Source of the DNA: Tubulanus polymorphus
Taxonomy: Eukaryota; Animalia; Nemertea
Assembly: GCF_964204645.1 (NCBI RefSeq)
Contig: NC_134032.1
Coordinates: 12,140,275-12,204,274 of the forward strand
DNA length: 64,000 nt
Direction of reading: 5' to 3'
Of this stretch, positions 49,463 through 60,923 are shown in pieces. The notes beneath the pieces are model-generated. The model did no database searches. It was not told where the DNA came from and was given only the letters and a program-made list of their open reading frames with translations. Position 1 is the first letter of the stretch. Each line of letters starts with the position of its first letter. Position numbers and translations under genes: made by a program.

Positions 49463-50548
49463 TCACTTTCCGGTTAAACCAATCCAATATGGCGGAAAAT
49501 AATCCTGATGACTGACCTTACGTGCCAGTGGCGAATTTTTACGCGGCCAATCCTTGTAATATATAGTCGTTCCATTGGCTAACCAGGCCGCCCACCAACC
49601 GAACGAACCAGTCGACATGATCACGTGATCGCAGGATGACAATATAGCCAGATCTAAAGCCGGGTCTTTCGCTTTAGAAAAAACTACATTCACATTTTTT
49701 CTGGGTACGTTTTTCTCACACCACGGAATATCATCTGACGCAACAATAAACAGTACGTTTTCACCGTATAATGACGACATACGGTCCATCGCATTTTTTA
49801 TGTAGCTGACCGGAACTATGACGTAACCGTGACGTAATGCGTTTTTTGACTTCATATCACCGCGTCTTATATGTATGCCGATTATAGTCGTAATATTGGC
49901 GCTAGTGAGCGATGAAAGATTGTACGCGCTACGCTGTACGAAATTTTCGGCGGTCCTTTTTATGTGTTTTCGGAACGTAAATTGTTTACGAATTTCAACG
50001 GTTTCGTATTGAAAATATTTCCACGATTGTAAAAAACCCCAGATACGGCTGGCGAACAAACCGGTGATGTTTAAATTGAGAAACCTCGGATCGAATTCAC
50101 CCGCGCCTTTTTCGCCAAGCACGGTCTTGACGCCGTTTTTCTTAAGCGTCATAGAGGGCGCTGTCAATTCGAACGCCGTCGCTAGTTTGAAATCGACAGG
50201 AATGACCGGCATGACGTCATAGTGTTTAGAAATAGCATACAGCCCCGCGTATTGAAACATCAAGTTACCAGTTCGACCGATAAATGAGCCGGTCATAACC
50301 GGATATGGATTCTGCGGGAATTGTATCACCTCTAGCGGTGGCGGATTTAGGGGGAATGGACCTTGTTGACGTTTAACATCCATCGGAAAGTCCGTAGATG
50401 TGCTGTTAATGAGAGTCGTGATGGATGGTAGGTCCGGCATCGATGTAGATCCTTGGCAGCGGCGACAGCGGGTTGCAGTGAGTCCAATCATCATCAACAC
50501 AACACCAGAACTAATCATGAAAACCATTAAAGTTATTTTCCTCCACAT
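49463..50548 (-). CDS. Galactoside alpha-1,2-fucosyltransferase (GT11, FUT1/FUT2-like)
   Basis: Single coding exon with an N-terminal TM anchor (ITLMVFMISSGVVLMMIGL). Motifs GRTGNLMFQYA, GFLQSWKYF, GIHIRRGD, SDDIPWC, DLAILSSCDHVIMSTGSFGWWAAWL. Confidence 0.92.
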   Translation of the reverse strand: MWRKITLMVFMISSGVVLMMIGLTATRCRRCQGSTSMPDLPSITTLINSTSTDFPMDVKRQQGPFPLNPPPLEVIQFPQNPYPVMTGSFIGRTGNLMFQYAGLYAISKHYDVMPVIPVDFKLATAFELTAPSMTLKKNGVKTVLGEKGAGEFDPRFLNLNITGLFASRIWGFLQSWKYFQYETVEIRKQFTFRKHIKRTAENFVQRSAYNLSSLTSANITTIIGIHIRRGDMKSKNALRHGYVIVPVSYIKNAMDRMSSLYGENVLFIVASDDIPWCEKNVPRKNVNVVFSKAKDPALDLAILSSCDHVIMSTGSFGWWAAWLANGTTIYYKDWPRKNSPLARKVSHQDYFPPYWIGLTGK

Positions 50549-52625
50549 TTTCAGAATCGAGCACTTGATTCGTGCTGCATTCAACAATCCAGCCGTAAGT
50601 ATAGAAATTTTTTTAGGACTGTCGTAAAAGATTCGAATTACAAACTCACCACCACGGATTATCCACAGACTATGTCATTCAGCAATGACGAGCGTGTATT
50701 CTGGTCGAAACGATCGCATCGAGAAATATTCCAGAATCGAGACATATTACATACTGAACGAAATCTGTCTAAAACGTACAGGGCTGCTGGCAAACATGAG
50801 TTGACGACCAACTATGTTGCAAATTCACATTGAATCCACCTCGATTGCCTTTCCACCTCAAACCACTACTCGTCCCTTACACTCTTTTTCATTCTTATTC
50901 AAATTTCTTCTCGCAAAATAAATACTTGGCAGTAAATATCCTATAATGAATAGACCTTTTTGCCGCCACAAACCTGTTTTTGTAGGATCGCCTTTCGTAG
51001 GTCATTCTGAATAAACATTTTAGTCGTTCATTCTGGCGGGAATTGATACTTATTTTCTTAGCACAAGCCTTTTGCTTGGCTGTATTTACTAGAAAGCTAT
51101 ACGGGGACTGTGCTAAATTCTCGTCTTTCGAAATGATTCAGTGTATCAAACTTGTATAAAATGCAGATAGAACTTCAAATGTTTTTAGAAAACAGCTTTT
51201 TAATACAAGAAATACGTTTTTTAACTAATTTTGGGTGTCTTGTAGAAAATTCGAATGTCTTAAGTTTCATTTATTTGGTAAAATGTCGGATGTCGATACC
51301 GATAGTGGGAACAACCGGGCCAATCTTCAACTTTTATTTTATTGCTCCGAATGATTACAAATCATGAGACACGTGCAATAGAATACTAACTACAGGACGA
51401 CATGCACATAAAACGAACATACAAGTATAATCTAACAGAGTAAGAACGGTTACATTATAAGATGAAGAGACAGACCCTATTGAATTTAAACGGCTTCACT
51501 GGATTTGACAAGAGACTTAACTGTTTCGCAGAATCCGAGCAATCCGAGGCGGACATGAAAAAACTAATTTATCTGTATTTGAAAAAGTAGAACATCGGGA
51601 CGGAACGTGGAGGCTGGAGGCAGCAGGTTCCTCGAATCGGGATAGTGGATGATCCAAAATAGTTCACGTCGAGCTTCACCTACGAGGCCGTGTGTTATTT
51701 GTTGTGGCCGTGTGTTATTTGTTGTGTGATGTGACATCTGCCGGTTTTTTTATTTGATAATTTTGTCTGATAGTCGTCTCTGCGACTTCCTGGTATGGGG
51801 GATTCCCAAGTAATACGTAATCGACGTCTGTTTGGTGAGTAGAAATGTACGTGTATATATCCTTTCAATTTTCATGTCTATGGGTTAAAAATTACGGGTC
51901 GGAGATCAATGCTAGGCGTAGGGTTTTTAACGCTCCCTAAACTGAAAAAAATCATGTAAGCTAGGCGGGTTATAGATGTGAGAGAAACATGTGAACATTA
52001 TGCATTATTCGGTTTGTCTAGAAACTACATTTTCATATTTTTTTATCATTTTGAATACATTTATCCAATGTTGTTTTTCCAGTACGGTACCCCAGTATTC
52101 AGAGTAGGATCGAGCCACTGCTAGTTGTGGTATGGTTTGGTTGTTAGTAGAGAAATACGTGTTAAGCAATCAATACATTTACAGTAGACTGTCAACTCGG
52201 GTAGCACGGTATAGCTAACCTTCTATTTGCTTGATTCAAAAGTAGGTGAAATCTACTGATTGAGAACGTTTTCACATGCTGTATCACTATTCATTTTTAA
52301 TGCAAGCAAATCTTGTTAGTCATAGTCAATAATGTCTAGGCCTTTACAAAATGAATACATGCTCAGGTCTGAGAGGACATTATCAGCGTGCAATAAAAAT
52401 AAAGGTTATGTCCTAGATGGATTTTCATTTTGTTAGCAATGAATATCACTGTATCAAATAATGGTTTGTCCTACCCGTAGCATTACATTAAACATAAACA
52501 AATGCCAACTTGTTTTCCTATTACATGTACGTGCACGCTACACGTTGAATGCCCGATCTAAAAAAATGGAAGCCTGCAATCAAAATTCACATGCCATTTA
52601 TTCTTCTTAATTATAGTAAGACAAA

Positions 52626-55166
52626 ATGTTTAAAAAGGGGAGAGAAGAAAAGCTGCGACGCCTTCCAAACCATTTCTCATACCGAGACAGCGAGCGTTCG
52701 TGTTTACAGTTTGAACTGATTAAAGATACCGATACTACGGAATACCTGGAAAACCGACTTGAAGCGCTACTGGAGGATTCCGACAAAAACCACGAAGACA
52801 GCAAAACGAATGACATTCGTGATGACTTTTACCTTACGGCTGCTGGGAATTTGAGAATATTTGTTGAGTATCGACTCGCCGCAGCGAGCAAACAAAACAA
52901 ATCAGATGTGGAAAAAATACTGCACGATTTCGGGAATCAAAGATACAACTCGCTTTCCGACTTGCAAAGCGTTGTGGCTCTGGCGGACTGCGCCTACGTT
53001 TGTTTTAAAGATAACCAGTACCAACAGTCGGAAAAACTTTTCGAAAAAGCGTCGCAATTATACAACGAAAATGCGCTCGCTAGAATATTAGCCTGGGGCG
53101 AAATAGCGTATTCGCATCGGCGACTAGGCCCGAAGCATTTACATAGAGGTAAAGTCATGTTTGCTGACATACTCGATTACATCGATGAACATATCGATGA
53201 GCTTGAGCCTCGGAATGCGGCGGAAATTCTAAAAGCAGTTTTTCAGGTGGAGTTTTGCATGATGGTCCACAGGCGATTGCACCCGTCTCTGATACTGGAG
53301 TGTCCAGAAGAATTCGATATTAATTCCGACGCCCACGATACCGACGTAAAAAAAGTGGCCGAGGTGATTGAAAATCTACTTGCCGCAAATGTCCACCCGA
53401 TTTCAACCGGTCGCGCCTGGGCTCACATTATTGAAATAGCCAGTCGTTATAAACATGCCCCAATCGCTTTGAAACGGTTGAAACCGACGCAGTTTGAATT
53501 GAAAGATTCTGATATACTACCGGGAGAACATCCGACCTTTAGCGGAGCTTTGAAGACGTTTTTCAACGATTATCGTCTGTCGAAAGACAAGAAAACGTTG
53601 ACGATTTTGGGTCGTTTGCTCAAACGCGATAGACAAATTAAAAAAGCCGTCGAAGTATTTGAACGCGCACTCGAAATCGGCAGAGAAAAGTCTTGCTATC
53701 ATCATTTGAGCATCATATACAAAAATAAGGCATTCGACAACTACGACTTCAAATTGCGTTCGAGATTTCAAAAGTTGACGCTGTCTACAGAACGTCCCCC
53801 TCCGCTGGAAGTCGACTGTCGCGGTCGAATAAAACACTTGGTCGTTCCGCCGATAGAAACTAGCAGTGATCCCCGAAAAACCAGCTATAAATACCGCAGA
53901 ATTCTATGCGTACCTGGTTAGTATAGAGTTTGGGTTCATGTTTATTAGAGTTATCAACGTTATTAATCTGTTCATCTTATTTTTTTACTTTAATCAGATG
54001 ATGAAAATATGAAGCGAGCTTTGGAATACATCAAACGAGCTCAGGAAATGGATGTCGACGCAACCATATTTCTGAAAGAAAAGGCGCACATTTTGTCGTG
54101 TCTTTCTCAAAATCTCGAGGAAGATTTCGACGATATCTACGATCTATTGGACGAGGCTTTGAAGTCGAATCGATTTCAAGGGAAGCGCGATACCGGCGAA
54201 GTGTACGAATTGATGGCTTTGCTTTGCAGAAAGACAAAGAAACGTCACGATGATTTCCGCGCCATGTATCACAAAGCCGTAGAGAATATGGGAGAAATAG
54301 GCATGCTTCCAGCCGTAGCGTTTCCAGATCTGAGCGAACTGCTTCGCAAGGCGGCGGAGGAGTCAAACAACCCGTCCGATGCTTTGCGCGCCTATGAGGA
54401 TTTGGTCGATTTGTACGACGCGACTGGTCAGATGCACGCAGCCCAGGCCGGATTCCTGGTTTTAGCCTTACTACAAACTGAACCGAAGTGTGATGATGAG
54501 AAAATGATTTTGGGAAGACTCGTAACGACGTTCGTTCAAATGTACGACTTTCGAAGGGCTTGGTTCTGTCTTAATCAACTGATCGAAAACTGCGGTGGAT
54601 TACGCAAAAGCGGCATTACCGCCGAGCTTTACTGGAAAGTTCGGAAAAACGGACCGCTTTGTGTGGTAATTAAGGAGGTCTATCCCGACGCGGCGCAAAT
54701 CCGGGTCTTGCTCGTCGTGTCGGCGAAGGATTGCAGACGAGAGATCGCGCAGAATGTCGGCGACTCGATCACAAAACTTGGCTTCAAAAACTTGTTGAAT
54801 CCACAGCTTGACGGGTTACCCGGTCATCCGAATATCAGCCAGTTCGGAGAACCGATGGAACAGTCGCAAATGATAGTAATTTTGTTCACGGAAGAAATGT
54901 TCGTGGACAACGAAATCGGTCTAATCATTCGAGAATGCGCGGCGATGAAAACACGCAGTCAAGTGATCACTCTTTTTACTCCGGGTGTCAAGGAGAAATC
55001 CACCGAACTCGACCACGACGCCGAGGATATTTTCATGATTTGTCGAAATTTTTCCAACGTGCAAGTTCCGCGCGACGCGCAGAAAAATGATGAATTCAAG
55101 AAGCGATTTGTGGAGGCGATTCTCGAGCGGGATCGGTCACTGGTGTACGCAATTTCTGATAACTGA
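52626..55166 (+). CDS. IFIT/TTC22-like TPR-repeat protein with C-terminal TIR-like domain (~819 aa)
   Basis: Exons 52626-53916 and 53998-55166 join in frame (G|GTTAGT...TCAG|AT). LPNHFSY N-terminus and TPR helices (LADCAYV...SEKLFEKA; LGRLLKRDRQIKKAVEVFERALEI). C-terminal VLLVVSAKD...DGLPG...MEQSQMIVILFTEEM...VITLF fits a TIR-like pattern. Confidence 0.7.
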
Positions 55167-55936
55167 AGCCGGGATGGAAACTTGATCTGATCAGGTGCGA
55201 CTTATCAGAGTAACCGCTTCGATCAGAGTTAATGTGCATGACATGTCGACTCGAAATTAGACAGTTGCACGGTGCAATTTGAAAATGTATTTTGTGAATT
55301 TATTCTACCTGACATGTATGTACGACTCTCCGTTATTTCCCTACATATTATGTAATGACATGAGTGATCAGCTTATCATTAGCGATCAGCTTAGATCGCT
55401 ATGGAAGATCCTAGTAGTTCATCGCTAATAAAAACAACAATGGTCTCTTTGCTTTTTCCGTTTTGATAATATAAATAGAGAATTCTAACGTATGTCTTTA
55501 TCAAAGTCACCCCCGACCACCGGCACATTGGGCGGTGCAGAACGACTTTCGGCAGTATAGAGAGTATGTTGTTGTGTTTTACTGTGTATTTGTGTAGAGG
55601 ATGTACATTGAGAAACCCTGGCGGTAAGCGGGGTGGTGGGTATATGGGAGGGCGGTGGGGTGTTTTACTATTAGACTGGTAGAAAACATGGGGGTGGCGG
55701 TATATGGGAGGGCGGTATGGGGGTGTTTTACTATATTTGTATGGAGATGTACTTTTGAAAATACCTGGCGGGGGTGGTGTTGACTCTATATACGAAGCTC
55801 AAACTTTGCCCGTGTCGAATGAACACCTCGGAGCTCTTCGCTATCTTGGAGCTACCCACTATCGAACGTCGACCAGAAGAGACCAAATCTGGCAAGCGAG
55901 GATAATTCAAGATCCAAGGTCGTGTGGTGTGTCAAA

Positions 55937-57422
55937 ATGGCGGACTGCGCCGCGGTTCAGAATTTGTTGGTTGTAATTATGGATACGAACCCATTCTGGT
56001 GGGGACAGAGATTGTATAAAAGCGATGAATCCTCGCAGCTGATACTGTCTACGTGTATCAGTAACGTGATGGCGTTCTGTAACGCACATCTCATTCTAAA
56101 TCAGAATAACAAGGTAAACAAGTGAAGAAATCAGCGCAATAAATTTTTGGATTTATTTTGATTTCGAAATGGAATTCGTATCGTTAGGTTACTAACTAGG
56201 AAAATGTGCACTGGGAATTGCGGATGATTCCTGGATCCGAAAGAATGATAGAAATCCACTAACATTTGCCCCTACCTCCATCATGCATACACCTACTTTA
56301 TCATGATGATCGACGATGATTAATAATGGCCTCTTCTTAAAATGAAGCCTTGTTTGCCCTCTTAATGAATGATGAGTTATCATACCATTACTGTCGGGAT
56401 CCAGTTCCACAGTTCCGAAATTGGACTGTAGAGGTAAAACATCGAAAATGTATTGATCTTAACTCTATTGAGTTAGGCGTTAATCTAACTTACAAATGTG
56501 GAACCGGACCCTTGTGGTGTTGTAGTTTAGTCATGATTTTAAAAAGAAAAAGAAGTGTGCCGGGTAGATAGGCAGCTAGCCGGGTCAACAGAAAGATCCT
56601 CCGATTTTCATTGATTTCTGTTTACAGTTGGCGGTCATCGCGGCTCATTTGAACGAAAGTCGATTTCTATATCCGAAGCCGGGTGTCGCGCTAACGAGAA
56701 CAGCAGAGTTGTCGGCGAACGATGCCAACGACCTACAGCACCAGTCGGAAAACGCGATCGCGCCGGGCGACGGGAAATACGAGGTATTGCGCAACATGAA
56801 CGACACCGTCGCCGAAAAACTGAAAGACATGATTCTACAAACGGAACTGAACGAATGTTTTTGCGATACGGTGACCGCCGGTAGTCTGACGATGGCGCTG
56901 TGTTACATCCACCGGTTGGAGCGCCAGTTGGCGTTCGGCGAGAAACTAAACGCGCGAATCCTCGTCGTGAAAGGCGCCGACGACAACCCGTCGCAGTATA
57001 TGAACTTCATGAACGCCGTATTCACCGCGCAGAAACAGAATATCTTAATAGACGCGTGCATCTTGGCAGACTCGGCGTCCGGCTTGCTTCAACAGGCTGC
57101 CGATATCACCGGCGCCATCTATCTACAGATACCGCAACTATCGGCGTTGTTGCAGTATATGCTGTGGGCGTTTCTACCGGACGCGGATGCGCGCGCCATG
57201 TTCGCGTTGCCGCCGCGTAAACAGGTCGATTATCGCGCGGCGTGTTTTTGTCATCGGAATCTGATCGATATCGGTTACGTCTGCTCGGTGTGTTTGTCGA
57301 TATTCTGCGCGTTCAGCCCTATTTGCTCGACGTGTCACACGACGTTTAAAATCGTCGGGCCGAAGAAGTTCGCGAAGAAGAAGAAACGATCGTCGGCCGC
57401 GGCGTCAGCGATTATCTCTTAA
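55937..57422 (+). CDS. GTF2H3: General transcription factor IIH subunit 3 (p34/Tfb4)
   Basis: Exons 55937-56113 (LLVVIMDTNPFWWG) and 56628-57422 (QYMNFMNAVFTAQK, LLQQAADITG, VDYRAACFCH...GYVCSVCLSIFC...CSTC). Confidence 0.95.
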
Positions 57423-59055
57423 ACATGGTTCCCACAGAAATTCCCAGTTTGGAAACATTTGAGAATTTGAGAAATTTTCCTCTAATCAAATCTAATCAAA
57501 TTTGGGAAATTCATTTACATTTCAGGTATTGTAATTCCCAAGGGCAACTTTCTTCAGCGATTTCCCTTTTGAGAATCACCTTTGTCAACCAGTGTCACCA
57601 CTAAAATGTTGACTGTTCTTTTTATGAAAGCCCCATTTTCCATTTTGGAAAATCTCCCATGAAATACTTGGAAAAAAACCTGGGAATTTTCATTCATGTT
57701 GTTTTGGGAACCTGCCATGCTTAGAACTGAGGAAATACCATATAATTTAGGGAGCGTTTTGAAAAATACAGCAGATTCAGATGAACCAGCCCTGTGTACT
57801 GAAACGCCACCCGGAGTCAAATGCCTCGGATTGTTTCAGTGTCTGATTCCAATTCATTGGCATGGTTTCCCTAGCGGAAGGATTAATTTTTTCACATATT
57901 GTTCTGTAGTCGAAAAAATCTGCTTTTGTTACTGCATTTATGGCCAGTAGAAATGAAAATATATTTTTATCTTTACTATAGTTATTTTCTCTAATTTCTT
58001 TCGCGCATTTTTCTTGTTAAAAAAATTAGTATTTGCGTACAGGGTCAGTTTCAGTCTAGGTGATGGTTGAACACAAATCATGGCCAACAGCTTCGATATC
58101 AAGCATGGGTACAATTCACTAAAAGTGCTATTTTTTCCGCACTAAAAGTGCTTACTACTGCTTAATAAGCCTTACTACAATAGATTGCCAAGTGACAGTC
58201 CAACCAAGAGAGTCCTCATTGAGTCCAAAAGAACAGACAGATAAAGATAAAACGATAATCTCAGTAAATAAAGTTATAATTTTTTATTCTTTGAGTATAA
58301 ACAAAGCAGACTATTACACATATCATAAATATTACCTATAAATCACACAAAGCGGGGCAAATAATTAATTGATAAGCACATTATTGTCAAAGAGTTATTT
58401 ACATAATTAACAAAAGGTCTAATTGTTTTTAAATCTATGATTCACAAGAAACCAAAACGAAACTCATTTGCTCGTAGCAAGAAAATAGTCGTACACCAAC
58501 ATTAAAAGTTGAAGTTTCAACTTACACCTAGATTCTCAAAACCAGTTACTTCAGAAATTCTTATATTTTCAACTGTCAATATCTTACCCTTAGTTTGTAT
58601 CAAATATTGAACTAGAAACTTATAAAGAGTAAAGAACTAGAAGGACTAAGGGTTGAAAGGCCCTAGACCTGTAAGATCCAAAAGTCTATAGGATCAGGGA
58701 TGTTAAGTTATCATCCAGTCTATGAAAACCCAATTTTATACCTTATTCAGACCAGTTCAAAATATTTGAAACCAAAGACCTTGTTCCAGAGTTGTGATTT
58801 TGAATTTGATTCTCGGAATAGAAATCATAGGATTCTAATTAATCCCGACTCGAGTAGAGTCAAACTGAACCCACAGCTGTGGAAATTGATCCGAGAAAGG
58901 GGGGCTTTGACTTCAACCCTGGGTTTAGTTGAATATAGTAGTATCAGAGTCTGTAAAACGAGTTTAGTGCCAGCTAATTATTGATAGTCACTCGAGTCGA
59001 CCTACCAGGCTGAAGTTAAAACCGGGTTTTAGATCTTATTAAGAAAAACCGGGTT

Positions 59056-60923
59056 TTAGACCTTATTGAGAATAGCCATGGACATGAAATCTTCGTAATT
59101 GATATTAATGACGCCCTGCATTTGAGGGTCGCGCGCTTTAAACGTATCGGTAATAGACTTCAACAGTACGCAGCTGTTAATGAAATTATCCAGCGTCAGA
59201 CTACGCGTACCTCGCGCGTCGAATTTACATAAAACGATATTAGTGAATTGCGGCGACACGCGGAAACCCATTTCGTGAAATGCTGAAAAAAAAAATGGAG
59301 AATATGAAATATTTACCGGCGGAATGATAGATTTTTCTACATAATCTAAGTCTAAGAGAGTGAAACCAGGCATAAGGTGCGGTCAAGATGTTCGATTTAC
59401 TACAGCGCCAATGTGGGCTAAATAAAACAGGTCATAGATATAAGCCTGGGGCCAGTTGCTCCAAAGTAGCAACAATGAACTACTCAAAAGTACCAGGTAG
59501 TAAAAATTAACTTTTGATTGTCACAATGTCAACTATCCACTTGTTAACCCTAACCAAATTTTGAGCTACTAAGAGGATTCTACTGCAATTTTAAACAAGC
59601 ATTTTTCTCGAATACTTACCACCCACTAATTCATTGCCATCGATTGTGCCAGATCTATCGCGGTCGTAACGGTCGAACGTAGCTTTCCATTGTTGGATGT
59701 AATTCCACAAAGCTTGGAATTCGTTTAAGTCGATCTGACCACTCTGATTCTTATCAAACATTCCTGAAACATTTCGAAAAATCGATTTGTCAGAGCTCTC
59801 AAAACTGTAGAAAAGAGCTATATCGCCGTTGGGATTCAAACTATCAATTGTCCGGGATGGAGAGCGCGGAGAAGAACAGCGGAAAGAGACTCTGTCGCTG
59901 ATAGGATTCAAACTACTGTAAAACTTGTGTAAGTCATATAAGTTGGGACGGGCAAAAATTATCCACCTTGGAAAAATTCAAAATACCCCTTTAGAAAAAC
60001 AAAACCTGCTTAAAAGATTTAAAACAGGAAAATTCCGGACCTATAAATTCCTTCTGGCTAGACAGCAATTTGACAGATGCAAGTTTTACTAGTATCATTG
60101 AATTGTCGGTTGACGGGGGGGGGGAGGGGGTTTTAGTTCACACTTACCTATCATGAGTCGAATGGTTTCCGGGTTGAAATGTGAGTAATTAGCGTTGGTG
60201 AGGGCTTGTTGAAGCTCATTCGCCGAAAGGTGCCCGGAACGATTGCTGTCGATGGTCATGAACCACTGATAAACCTGCGGGTCTATTCCCGGCGGAGGGC
60301 CACCCATACCTGAGAAATTTGAAAGAAAAAATTCCAAATCATGGGCCATTCTGTCTTATTAAAGTCAAAGAGCTTTACGACAGTGATGGAAAAGTCGAGA
60401 AGTTACAGTAAAGAATACGTGTTATCTACGAGATTTATTCATGAGAGGCTCAGCACTTTAACAAGTTAAGAACAGGTGATAATAAATTCAGACTACTCAC
60501 CAGGTGGGCCACCAGGGGGTGCTCCGTAGCCTGGTTGTGGAGGATACTGTCCATATTGCCCACCAGGGGGCGCACCATATTGCCCCGGCGGAGGGGCTCC
60601 GTACTGTCCTGGAGGTGGAGCGCCATACTGTCCCGGAGGCGGAGCCCCATACTGCCCTGGTGGCGGCGCACCATATTGTCCTGGGGGTGGGGCACCGTAG
60701 CCACCCTAAAAACAAAACAAACAAATCAAATTCAAATTAATTTTTAAGGCGGTGGTTTTAATGACAGTTTTAGGAGTAAATTTCGTTATTTTATCATGAA
60801 AAAGATATTCCAGAATATCGTCGGACCTCATCAGAAAACTATTCGATTGAAATTCGAAGAATTTACGAAGTGGAAACAGACCTGTTGAGGATATCCACCC
60901 GGATATTGACCGTACCCAGCCAT
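59056..60923 (-). CDS. PEF1: Peflin-like penta-EF-hand protein (PEF1/PDCD6 family)
   Basis: Exons 60882-60923, 60501-60705 ((YGAPPPGQ)n Pro/Gly-rich N-terminus), 60148-60309 (DSNRSGHLSANELQQAL), 59620-59763 (DKNQSGQIDLNEF; DRDRSGTIDGNEL), 59056-59282. Confidence 0.85.
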
